DNA from: Alphaproteobacteria bacterium
GTDB taxonomy: Bacteria > Pseudomonadota > Alphaproteobacteria > GM7ARS4 > G965262615
Direction: 5' to 3'
Assembly (NCBI GenBank): GCA_965262615.1
Contig: OZ253545.1
Span: 416,001-480,000, forward strand
DNA: 64,000 nt
The notes beneath the pieces were generated by a model. That model was not told where the DNA came from. It saw only the letters and a list, made by a program, of their open reading frames with translations, and ran no database searches. Shown here piece after piece: positions 44,933 to 54,106 of the stretch; position 1 is the first letter of the stretch, and every line of letters begins with the position of its first letter. The translations under genes were made by a program, and so were the position numbers.

Positions 44933-46261
44933 ATGTTTACTAAGCCTCTTACAGACATAGATGAAGACGATATTCAAGCTCTTGTGAATCATAAGGAGCA
45001 AGAGAGTGCTGAATTGGAATTCAAGAGAGACATTGAAAGCACCGACAAAGGAAAAAAGAAATTGGCGAAACATGTCTCAGCAATGGCGAATGCCAATGGT
45101 GGCATCATCATTTTTGGAATTGAAGAAAAAGAAAGCAAGGCAGACAAGCTCATTGGCATTGATGAAATGGTTGGCGACCAGCCTGTAGGCGAATTCGTCA
45201 ATAATGTATTGATTTCAAGGGTTCGCCCGCGCCTTGCCGTTCAGCCACAAGCGGTCAAGCTGGCAAATGGAAAGGTTGTATTGGTGTTGCAGGTTTCAAG
45301 AATTCCTTATCGTCCTCACATGGTGCTGGCTGAGAATGTCTATTATGTGAGGCATAATTGTAGTGTCGCCCTCGCCGATGAGCATGAGGTGCGCGCAATG
45401 GTTCTTGAGAGCAAGTCGTCATCCGATGAAGTGAAAGAATTTCTCAAAAAAAGAAAGCTTGATGACAAAGACAGAGAAGATTTTGCTTTGACACCCCTTG
45501 CAAAAAGAATGAGGGAAAATCCTCTCATGGCGAAGCAAATTCCTGAAGGTCATGAAGGCAAGCCATTTGTGCTTTTTGCCAGCTGCCCCAGACATCTTGA
45601 AGAAAGAGTAAATATTGCATCAGGGGCTTTTTATGAGAAGGTCAATAAAAGCAGTTGTTTTAACCTATTTGGTGAAAAAATTGATTTTTTTTATCTGGCT
45701 AGACAGTCACGCATAACCTCCGATAGCCTATCCCGAGTCGCTTACGATGACGAGGGTGAGAGCGAAATTCGCAGATATGTAGAAATTTGCAGAAACGGGT
45801 ATGTGGAAAGAGGATTGTGTCGCGATATTCTTCTTCGGAAGAATGAAAATTCTGAATTGTTATTTCGCACTGCGCGCTTCGTGGCATATTTTTGGGCTTA
45901 TATGACATTCATCAATCGGCTATACAGGGCAATCGGCTATTTTGATGAATTAAATATCATCGTTGCTTTGTCAGATACAAAGGGAATCGCCGCGGCGTTA
46001 TTTGGAAATAAAGATCAAAATCATTATGATGATGACTCTTATGTATCTCGTGCAGGCATTGCACAAGAAGGGAATGCTCTCATTGAAAGTTCTGTTGTTA
46101 TTTCGGAATTGGGGGATGAACAAATAGAAGCAATTGTCAAGGAAGTTGTTGGGCGCGTGTTAAATCATTTCAATAAAAGTATTGAGAAATGCCTTGATGA
46201 AGAAGGAAAATTTGATGAAGAGCGTTTGAAAATGGGTATTCGTGATATGTATTTGCCTTGA
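44933..46261 (+). CDS. Schlafen/AlbA_2 domain protein with unknown C-terminal domain
   Basis: ESAELEFKRD, VSAMANANGGIIIFGIEE, RPH...YYVRH; AT-richer than flanks. Confidence 0.82.
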   Translation: MFTKPLTDIDEDDIQALVNHKEQESAELEFKRDIESTDKGKKKLAKHVSAMANANGGIIIFGIEEKESKADKLIGIDEMVGDQPVGEFVNNVLISRVRPRLAVQPQAVKLANGKVVLVLQVSRIPYRPHMVLAENVYYVRHNCSVALADEHEVRAMVLESKSSSDEVKEFLKKRKLDDKDREDFALTPLAKRMRENPLMAKQIPEGHEGKPFVLFASCPRHLEERVNIASGAFYEKVNKSSCFNLFGEKIDFFYLARQSRITSDSLSRVAYDDEGESEIRRYVEICRNGYVERGLCRDILLRKNENSELLFRTARFVAYFWAYMTFINRLYRAIGYFDELNIIVALSDTKGIAAALFGNKDQNHYDDDSYVSRAGIAQEGNALIESSVVISELGDEQIEAIVKEVVGRVLNHFNKSIEKCLDEEGKFDEERLKMGIRDMYLP

Positions 46262-46382
46262 CAAAAAAATTGGTGGTTGTTTTGTTGTCTTGACTTTGTC
46301 CACAGATGTATCCATTTAGTGGGTGTCATGAACACGAACCTTTGTGGGAGGGCGAGAGATGAACGCGCGTAGTGGCGAGTCT

Positions 46383-46829
46383 ATGGGCAATCGCGATCCT
46401 TTTGTCATCGCCAATTATTTGATTGAGAATTATGATGGCGGTCTTAGACCTTTGCAATTAATCAAGTTGGTCTATATCGCGCACGGGTGGTTTTTGGCTT
46501 TTACAAACGGCATTCCGCTTTTGCGGGAGCCTGTTCAGGCGTGGAAGTATGGTCCCGTTGTGCCGAGTCTCTATCATGCCGTCAAAGGAAGCAGAGAAAT
46601 TGTGAAGCTTTTGCCAGGGGCACAGAGCTGGGATATTTTGCATCAAGATGAGCGTAAAATTTTGGACGAGACGCTTGAGCTCTATGGTCATTTTACGGGA
46701 ACGCAACTGTCATCTTTGACTCATCAAAAGGACACTCCGTGGGCTGAAACATGGGATGGCACTTTCTATAATGATATTCCTAATGAATTGATTAGGGATT
46801 ATTATTTGCGGAAAAAAGAAGAAAATTAA
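46383..46829 (+). CDS. Panacea (DUF4065/SocA/GepA) domain antitoxin-like protein
   Basis: IANY, LQLIKLVYIAHGW, QAWKYGPVVPSLY, LSSLTH..DTPW; start uncertain (46344-46383). Confidence 0.88.
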   Translation: MGNRDPFVIANYLIENYDGGLRPLQLIKLVYIAHGWFLAFTNGIPLLREPVQAWKYGPVVPSLYHAVKGSREIVKLLPGAQSWDILHQDERKILDETLELYGHFTGTQLSSLTHQKDTPWAETWDGTFYNDIPNELIRDYYLRKKEEN

Positions 46830-46848
46830 TTTATTGTCAACAAGATTG

Positions 46849-47184
46849 ATGATGAAAAAAGATGAACAATATGTAAAAGGGGTATCGTCCCCTGATGATA
46901 CGGATGAAAGCAAGGCGGATGAAGAAAGCCTTGCTCAAGCGAGGCGATACAGATTTGCAAAAGAAAAAAGAAAAGAGGATAAAAGAAAGCTTATTCATTT
47001 TTTGAGCATGACGCTTATCGGGCTTGCCTTTGCAATTCTTTTCGCTATTCTTATTTTGGGTGCTTCTTATTTGTATTATGGGGGTGAGTCATTAGTCGTT
47101 CAATTTCTTGGTGCTACGGCTGGTTCTATGGTGGGTTCTTTCATAGCTTATCTTGTATGGAACATATATCGCCATGATATCTAA
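46849..47184 (+). CDS. Small protein with charged N-terminus and 2 TM helices; candidate toxin partner
   Basis: Directly downstream of the Panacea gene; two C-terminal hydrophobic helices. Confidence 0.65.
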   Translation: MMKKDEQYVKGVSSPDDTDESKADEESLAQARRYRFAKEKRKEDKRKLIHFLSMTLIGLAFAILFAILILGASYLYYGGESLVVQFLGATAGSMVGSFIAYLVWNIYRHDI

Positions 47185-47202
47185 TCGTAAGGATTTTGCA
47201 TT

Positions 47203-48126
47203 ATGGAGATTTTGGTTTTAGGTTCTGGAGCGGGAGGCGGGTCGCCGCAATGGAATTGTGCGTGTGATGTCTCGCGAGCGGTACGGGATGGCGATGCGCC
47301 GCGCCGCACCCAATCATCGGTGGCGGTGTCGGCGGATGGCAACCAGTGGTTTTTGCTCAATGCCTCGCCCGATCTCGGCACGCAAATCTGCGATAACGCC
47401 CCCTTGCATCCTCAAGAAGTTCCCCGTCATAGCCCCATCAAGGGGGTGATTGTCACCAATGGCGATGTGGATCATGTGGCGGGATTGCTCACTCTGCGGG
47501 AGAGTCAGCCGCTCGCATTGTATGGCACAACGCGCGTGCTGAATTTTCTCGCCGACAACAGCATCTTCAATGTGCTCAACAAAGACTATGTGACGCGTCG
47601 TCCCCTCACTTTGCATCAGCCGTTCAGCCTCACCGACCATGACGGCAATGACAGCGGCTTGGAGGTGGAAGCCTTTGCGGTGTCGGGCAAAATTGCCCTG
47701 TGGCTGGAGGATGAGTCCAAAGGTGACAATCTCGGCACTGAGGAGGAAGACACCATCGCCCTGGTCATACGGGATGCCAATTCGGACAAGCGATTTTTCT
47801 ACATTCCCGCCTGTGCCACCGTGACCGATTCCTTACGCCAACGCCTTGAGGGTGCGGCTCTGGTGTTTTTTGATGGCACGGTATGGCACGATAATGAGAT
47901 GGCACAGGCAGGCGTGGGCACAAAAACTGGACAGCGCATGGGGCATATTTGTAACGCCGGAGACAACGGCGCAATGGCATCCTTGGCACCATGTGATATA
48001 GCTCGCAAGGTTTTTATTCATATCAATACCACCAATCCCATTTTGCTGCCGTCATCGCCTGAGCGCAAGCAGGTGGAGGCAAACGGATGGGAAGTGGCGA
48101 ATGATGGTATGCATTTGACACTGTAG
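47203..48126 (+). CDS. pqqB: PQQ biosynthesis protein B
   Basis: LGSGAGGGSPQWNC.C, RTQSS, NASPD, DVDHVAGLLTLRE, RMGH, IHINTTNP. Confidence 0.96.
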   Translation: MEILVLGSGAGGGSPQWNCACDVSRAVRDGDAPRRTQSSVAVSADGNQWFLLNASPDLGTQICDNAPLHPQEVPRHSPIKGVIVTNGDVDHVAGLLTLRESQPLALYGTTRVLNFLADNSIFNVLNKDYVTRRPLTLHQPFSLTDHDGNDSGLEVEAFAVSGKIALWLEDESKGDNLGTEEEDTIALVIRDANSDKRFFYIPACATVTDSLRQRLEGAALVFFDGTVWHDNEMAQAGVGTKTGQRMGHICNAGDNGAMASLAPCDIARKVFIHINTTNPILLPSSPERKQVEANGWEVANDGMHLTL

Positions 48127-48195
48127 CTGTGGCTTGATGACTCGTCACCATTCAGGAATTGCTGGATTTGCTGGAAGCAGACGCAAAGTGAGGTA

Positions 48196-49068
48196 TCATC
48201 CAGTAATCAATGAGCGAAAGAGATGAGCATCAGGAATTTTTGTTTTATGCCCGTAAAATAGAATTTCTGCCCCCTTTTTCATTTTATAAGCAAAGTGCTT
48301 CAGAAGATATTTCTCTGACAAAGCCCAACGATACATTTTCCTTATTTGTGGCACATCGTCATACGACACAATCCAGTGAAAATGCTTCATGGATTTTATC
48401 TTGTCCGCAACCTTCTTATGCTGTTCATCATTGTAATGATTCATATACAGCGAACTTCCCTTTGAATAATAGGGGGGGTCAAAATAAAAAATCGTGTTGT
48501 CACCCCATTTGTCCATATCCTCAATGAGCTCTAAAGCGTCTTTGTGATGGAGCGTGATGTTTTTTTTATGCTTGGCTATCAGTCGTATTCTCTCTATGAG
48601 GTTTGTTTTATTGAAGCGACAATCCATTTTGTAATTTCCCTGTTGAGCAATGCCGCCAATAACGCCCGCATTGATAATGCCAGAGCGATTGGTTCTGTTG
48701 AGAAAAAAAGTGGAAAAGCCTAACTCCAAAAGGTCAGCTTGAGCCTTAAGATTAGCTTGAGCCTTGTTTTTTTGTATCTCTTTCGCTTTCCGCCAATGAG
48801 GCATTGTCACGGGTGTTTTTTCTATGCACTCACACAATTCATCCGTGCGATTTAACACACAATACCAAAAAGCATAAATTGAGCTGTCGTAATCGTTGAT
48901 TGTGATTGTTTTGACCTTACCCTCAATCAATAAATACAATGCCACCGCCGCACCGCCAACATAAGGCTCTACATAGTGTCCATCAACGCCATTATCAACG
49001 CATATTTGAGCAATCAAGCGCGCCAATCTATTTTTGCCACCTGGATATCTCAACGGTGAGTAAAACAT
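48196..49068 (-). CDS. DNA adenine methyltransferase (Dam/D12 class)
   Basis: SPLRYPGGK, EPYVGG, NDYD, FFLNRTNRSG, FDPPYY, VSYD. Confidence 0.93.
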   Translation of the reverse strand: MFYSPLRYPGGKNRLARLIAQICVDNGVDGHYVEPYVGGAAVALYLLIEGKVKTITINDYDSSIYAFWYCVLNRTDELCECIEKTPVTMPHWRKAKEIQKNKAQANLKAQADLLELGFSTFFLNRTNRSGIINAGVIGGIAQQGNYKMDCRFNKTNLIERIRLIAKHKKNITLHHKDALELIEDMDKWGDNTIFYFDPPYYSKGSSLYMNHYNDEQHKKVADKIKSMKHFHWIVSYDDVPQIRKMYRWALSEKYLLKHFAYKMKKGAEILFYGHKTKIPDAHLFRSLITG

Positions 49069-49074
49069 ATCATG

Positions 49075-50493
49075 TCACTTTTTGTCTTTCTGGATTTGAT
49101 TGTACACTATTTCAAAAAATTCCTGCAGGTCGTTCCAACACACCCTCAAATCATTTTCAAGCGGTTTCACATCGTTATCGTGGACATAATAGTGAAAATC
49201 TTCCACAGACAAAAAACGTGTATTTTTGTTGGTAAGATTTTTTACCTTCCTAAATTTTTCACTCCCTATTCCATGTTGATTTTCCAAGTGAGCTGCAACC
49301 TTTTCAATCTTTTTTGTAAGTGCTGTTTTTTTCTCGAAGGAAAAGCCGTATTTTTCGGCGTAAGAATTCACTGTGCCTTCTAAAAAAACCCTAAAAAGAA
49401 CTGCCACTGCATTTGGTGTATCTCTCACCACCAAATGCTTTTTTAATTCTAAATAGATATCATTTACCTTTCCTTTCTCAATTCTTAATGAGAAATTATC
49501 TGGTATTAGATGTTTTCTTTCTGTGCTCCGAGGATTTTCTACAGGTTTGGGGGGGATGACAGGTTTGGGGGGCAGTGGCTTCACTGCTGGTTTTTTCTTT
49601 TGCTGTGATTGCGCGTTCAGATTGGCTATTTCTTCATTAGCCCTTGATATAGATTCATCGTCTATACTATTCAGATATTTTTTTATGTCCTCTTTCAAAT
49701 TAAGAGTACGGCTATTCAAAGCATCTTTCTTACCAACACTTTGATTGGTAAAGATTTCTTTATAGGCTTTTCCATTTACAACATTTAGAATAATAACCTT
49801 CAATTTGTTTTCAAAATTGTCAGTGCCTATTGATAGTTTCCCATTTTCAATCTTGAACTGAAAAAATTCTTTGGACACATCGCGGGTGAGTATTCTCTCG
49901 AATGTATAAGAGAAGCCTCTACTAAATACCTTTTGTTTTATGCCCTCTGGCATATTTAAATCATTAACAATTTTGCGAATTCCTGTTTGCAAAATCGTCT
50001 TATCATCTACTTCTCCAATCCTTTGCTTAAAATTTGCGTTTTCAAAAGAACCCCAATTAAGGTGATTATTTCCATATAAGTGCTTTATTTTAACTTGATC
50101 TATAGCAATTTTTTCATCTTTAGTTACCAAGCAATCCATTGGAAAATCACTTCCAATTTGTGTTGTATCCTTCCCTTCTTCAAAAATTACTTTAACCCTC
50201 TCGTCATCCAAAAGAGATGGGTTCAATAACAATTTGTAAATCATCAAGCGACGATTTCCCTCGTAGCAGATTTTTTCAGTTCCTGAATCAAAAATTATGA
50301 GGGCTTCTGCGGGCGGAAGGTGAAAATACCTAATGATAGCTTCTGTTAGTTCTATCATTTTGTTTTTTCGGGCTTTTTCACTAAACATATAGTGGATAAG
50401 CTCTTTTTCAGACTTTCCAGAAAGGTCGTCAGGAAAGCGGGGATTTCTATCCCATAAAATCATGTCGGTGACCTTAATACTTTCTCTATTCAC
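49075..50493 (-). CDS. ParB/Srx-like N-terminal domain plus C-terminal HEPN-like domain protein
   Basis: NPRF and EGNRRL (ParB-box-like); Pro/Lys linker; LFRVFLE and FHYYVH helical C-terminus; AT-rich. Confidence 0.72.
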   Translation of the reverse strand: MNRESIKVTDMILWDRNPRFPDDLSGKSEKELIHYMFSEKARKNKMIELTEAIIRYFHLPPAEALIIFDSGTEKICYEGNRRLMIYKLLLNPSLLDDERVKVIFEEGKDTTQIGSDFPMDCLVTKDEKIAIDQVKIKHLYGNNHLNWGSFENANFKQRIGEVDDKTILQTGIRKIVNDLNMPEGIKQKVFSRGFSYTFERILTRDVSKEFFQFKIENGKLSIGTDNFENKLKVIILNVVNGKAYKEIFTNQSVGKKDALNSRTLNLKEDIKKYLNSIDDESISRANEEIANLNAQSQQKKKPAVKPLPPKPVIPPKPVENPRSTERKHLIPDNFSLRIEKGKVNDIYLELKKHLVVRDTPNAVAVLFRVFLEGTVNSYAEKYGFSFEKKTALTKKIEKVAAHLENQHGIGSEKFRKVKNLTNKNTRFLSVEDFHYYVHDNDVKPLENDLRVCWNDLQEFFEIVYNQIQKDKK

Positions 50494-50683
50494 AATTAAA
50501 GCCCTTTCTGTGATTGGCTTGCCATTTCATCTTATAAATACAATTTTTTATGCCCTCATGCAATACAACTCGCACACGCGCCACGTCCCCCGCCTGTGGG
50601 ATTGGCAATATTCTGACGGCATTCATCTGACGTTGTCGCTGTTTTTTGTTCATTGTGCCATCATATTGGTGTATTATAACGGC

Positions 50684-51511
50684 ATGATGGATGATTATGT
50701 GAGAGACACAACCGTCTATGTGACCGATGACCTCCCCGTTGTTCCCAACGATGATGGGGTGCGTGCCTTGTCGGAACAGGAGTTTGAAGCCCGTCTGCGC
50801 GCCATTGGGGCGCGCTGTTATCATGACCAGCATCCCTTTCATCATTTGCTGCATGAGGGCGCATTGAATAAGGGGCAGGTTCAGGCGTGGGCACTCAATC
50901 GCTATTATTATCAGATATCCATTCCCATCAAGGACAGTGCGTTGCTCTCGCGTATGCGGAATCGTGAGCTGCGTCAGGTGTGGCTCAAGCGCATCATGGA
51001 TCATGACGGCAGAGCCAAAGAAGAGGGCGGCATCATGCGCTGGTATCGTCTGACCGATGGCTTGGATTTGCCACGCGCCTATGTGCGCTCCACCGCAGGC
51101 ATTCTGCCCGCCACGCGTTTTGCCGTGGATGCCTATGTGCGCTTTGTGCGCGAGCGCAGCTTGCTGGAGGGAATCACCTCCTCTTTGACTGAACTGTTTG
51201 CACCGAAGATTCATCAAGAGCGCATCGTTGGCATGCTGGCGAACTACGATTTTATCAGTGACGATGTGATGGCGTATTTCAAAAAACGCCTTGATCAAGC
51301 CACCGAAGATGCCGATTTTGTGCTCGCGTATGCCTTGCGTCATGCCCGCAGTCGTGAGCAACAAGAAGCCGTGTGTGCGGCGTTGCGCTTCAAGACCGAT
51401 GTTTTGTGGGTGATGCTGGATGCACTTTACCATGCTTACATCACGGGCGGGGTTCCGCTCGGAGCTTTCAAACCTGAGGATTTTGATGAGAGATCGCGTC
51501 ATTCTTACTGA
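50684..51511 (+). CDS. pqqC: Pyrroloquinoline-quinone synthase
   Basis: YHDQHPFH, WALNRYYYQ, IPIKD, RIMDHDG, FAVDAY, SSLTELFAP, FKTDVLW.MLDAL; start uncertain. Confidence 0.95.
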   Translation: MMDDYVRDTTVYVTDDLPVVPNDDGVRALSEQEFEARLRAIGARCYHDQHPFHHLLHEGALNKGQVQAWALNRYYYQISIPIKDSALLSRMRNRELRQVWLKRIMDHDGRAKEEGGIMRWYRLTDGLDLPRAYVRSTAGILPATRFAVDAYVRFVRERSLLEGITSSLTELFAPKIHQERIVGMLANYDFISDDVMAYFKKRLDQATEDADFVLAYALRHARSREQQEAVCAALRFKTDVLWVMLDALYHAYITGGVPLGAFKPEDFDERSRHSY

Positions 51512-51791
51512 GTCTCATGTGGTGTCGTTTGCCTCCCATGCGCGTTTGCACTTCAATGAGCCGCGCCAGCAGTGGGTGATTCTGGGGCCCGAGCGGTTGC
51601 TTGAGCCCGATGAGACGGCGGTGGCGATTTTGCGTCTGTTGGATGGCACACGCTCCATTGCCATGATGGTGGATAAGCTGGTCGCGCAGTATCGTGATGC
51701 ACCGCGTGAGCAAATCACTAAGGATGTGTTGTCTTTGCTTCAGGGACTACTAGATAAGGGGTTTATTTGTCATGAGCCAGTTACAGTCTGA
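51486..51791 (+). CDS. pqqD: PQQ biosynthesis peptide chaperone D
   Basis: WVILGPER, AILRLLDG; between pqqC and pqqE. Confidence 0.9.
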   Translation: MRDRVILTESHVVSFASHARLHFNEPRQQWVILGPERLLEPDETAVAILRLLDGTRSIAMMVDKLVAQYRDAPREQITKDVLSLLQGLLDKGFICHEPVTV

Positions 51792-52919
51792 TATTCAACA
51801 ATCATCTTTGTCCTCGTTGGGGATTGGCGCGCCGCTTGCGTTGCTGGCGGAGTTGTCTCACCGTTGTCCCTTGCAGTGTCCCTATTGTTCCAATCCGTTG
51901 CATTTGGAAGAAAAGTCGCTGGAGCTGGAACTGACAGATTGGAAGCGTGTGTTTTCTCAAGCGGCGGCGTTGGGGATGCATCAGGTGCATTTGTCGGGAG
52001 GCGAGCCCACCGTGCGCAAGGACTTGGAAGAAATGGTGGCTCATTGTCGCGAGGTGGGGCTTTACACCAATCTCATCACATCGGGCGTTTTGTTGGATGA
52101 GGCGCGTTTGCGCTCATTGGCGGCGGCGGGCTTGGATCATGTGCAGATTAGTTTTCAGGATACCAATGAAGCCAATGCCGATCGCATTGGAGGATATGAA
52201 GGCGGTCACGCTAAAAAAATAGAAGTGGCGGGATTGGTGCGCAAAGTGGGATTGCCTTTGACTATCAATGCGGTGATGCATCGGCAGAATTTGGACTCGC
52301 TGGAAGACTTTCTTGCCATGGCGGTGGATTTGGATGCGGCGCGCATTGAAATCGCTCAAGTGCAATACTATGGATGGGCACTCAAAAACAGGGCGGCGTT
52401 CATTCCCACCTATGACCAATTGCAGCGCGCCACCGCCATTGTGGAAAAAGCCCGCAAAGATTTACAGGGCGTTTTGGAAATTGACTATGTCGTGCCTGAT
52501 TATTACGCCAAGCGTCCCAAAAACTGCATGGGCGGATGGGGACGCCAGTTCATGAATATATCGCCGTCTGGTGATGTTCTGCCGTGCCATGCGCACAGAC
52601 GCTGTCTCATTTGAAGTTTGATTCTGTGCGGGAGCACTCGTTGGAATGGATATGGCATCATTCGGAGGCTTTTAATCTCTATCGCGGCACATCATGGATG
52701 CCTGAGCCGTGTCAGAGCTGCGATCGCAAAGAGATTGACTGGGGCGGCTGTCGTTGTCAGGCGATGGCACTCACGGGGGATGCCGCCAACACCGATCCCG
52801 CCTGTGAGCTGTCACCGCTTCATGAGGAAATTTTTGCCATGGCGGCACAAGAAGCCGCGAGCGATGCTCCTGAATTCATCTATCGCCGTTTGGGGGTGCG
52901 TTTTAATCAGGCGGGGTGA
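51772..52919 (+). pseudogene. pqqE: PqqE radical SAM enzyme split by a 1-bp frameshift near 52593 (real lesion or sequencing error)
   Basis: LAELSHRCPLQCPYCSNP, CMGGWG in the first frame; SPASM motif C..C.....D.GGCRCQA continues in the other frame; one added G restores CHA-A-QTL. Confidence 0.85.
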
Positions 52920-53434
52920 GCACTGGAGGCTTCCACCTTGCGACACGCCCATTGACTGCGGCGAGTCACCGCTTTCATCACCGCTTGATAATGATGAAGA
53001 ACTTTGGTCAAGGTTTCGCCATTGAGGAGTGACGGTCCTTCGGCGGGCGAATTGATCATCATGAGCAGAGTGATGTTTTTGCGAAACAATTCGCTCACAT
53101 TGGTCATTTCTTGAAGGAAATTCTTTTCTGCGCCATGCAGGTGCTCACTGCCCACTTTGCGGCTTTGCACGATTTTCTCGTGCAGAACATTTTGTTTTTG
53201 TTTTATTTCCTTTTGAAAGGAATTCATCAGAGCCGAACAGATGGCATGGCGCGTTTCTTCTGGAGAGAGAACCAAGCGACTGTCGGTGGGAGCGCCGTCA
53301 GAGATGAAAAAGCGAGACTGTTCGTCACTGTAGGTAAAAAAGCCCTCGGTGGTCAGACGAATATCATGCTGACCCTCGTGGATGAGAGTCAGTTTATCAA
53401 TGATATAGTTTTCATCGTAGGTCTCCATCATGAT
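52907..53434 (-). CDS. Hypothetical protein
   Basis: About 175 aa ORF with GAGGG upstream of MMETYD; fills the pqqE-exbB gap; no recognised motif. Confidence 0.55.
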   Translation of the reverse strand: MMMETYDENYIIDKLTLIHEGQHDIRLTTEGFFTYSDEQSRFFISDGAPTDSRLVLSPEETRHAICSALMNSFQKEIKQKQNVLHEKIVQSRKVGSEHLHGAEKNFLQEMTNVSELFRKNITLLMMINSPAEGPSLLNGETLTKVLHHYQAVMKAVTRRSQWACRKVEASSAHPA

Positions 53435-53503
53435 GCATCCCCTCGTGTGATGTTTAGTCTGTAACAATTGATAGGATTTTGTTACATTCCTCAAAACACG
53501 GGA

Positions 53504-54106
53504 ATGATGATGACGGAACTCTTATCTTTATGGAAACTGGGCGGCGGCATCATGGTGGTGCTGTCATTGTGTTCGGTGTGGCTGCTGGCGATGGTGTTAT
53601 ACAAATTGTGGCAATGGCGATGGGTGCGCAGTCACTGCGAGGAGTCCATTCGTCGGGTGATGGAAGGCGCGAGTGAGCGTTCTCGTCAGCAATTGATCAA
53701 GGATCTGAGTGGCATTCCTCATGTGGCGGCACTGGCATGTGTTCGCATTGCGAGCACCAATGGCAGACGCGTGTCATGGGAATGGGGGGCGGTGCCGATT
53801 TTGTTGGAGGAATCTCGTTGGCTACGGCGATTTTGTCCCTCACTGGAGCTGCTGGCGCACTTGTCACCTCTGCTGGGATTGTTGGGAACGGTGCTAGGCA
53901 TGATTGATGCTTTCAGCATGTTGGAACAGGTGGGAGACCAAGCCGACCCATCGGTTTTTGCGGGAGGCATATGGAAGGCTTTGTTGACAACGGCAATGGG
54001 GCTGGTGGTGGCGATTCCCGCTTTGGCGGCGTTCAATTTTTTTGATGAACGCGCGAGCCGCGCCGAACAGTTCATGGAGCGCACCGCACGAGGACTGTTC
54101 TCATGA
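53504..54106 (+). CDS. exbB: ExbB/TolQ proton channel protein
   Basis: GGGIM..L, SPLLGLLGTVLGMI, GGIWKALLTTAMGL. Confidence 0.88.
   Translation: MMMTELLSLWKLGGGIMVVLSLCSVWLLAMVLYKLWQWRWVRSHCEESIRRVMEGASERSRQQLIKDLSGIPHVAALACVRIASTNGRRVSWEWGAVPILLEESRWLRRFCPSLELLAHLSPLLGLLGTVLGMIDAFSMLEQVGDQADPSVFAGGIWKALLTTAMGLVVAIPALAAFNFFDERASRAEQFMERTARGLFS

Noticed and set aside
50684-50760. PqqC N-terminal extension containing DTTVY as a possible fused PqqA precursor
   Set aside because: PqqA needs Glu in ExxxY; here it is Asp, and the W..P leader pattern is missing. The start codon is also uncertain.
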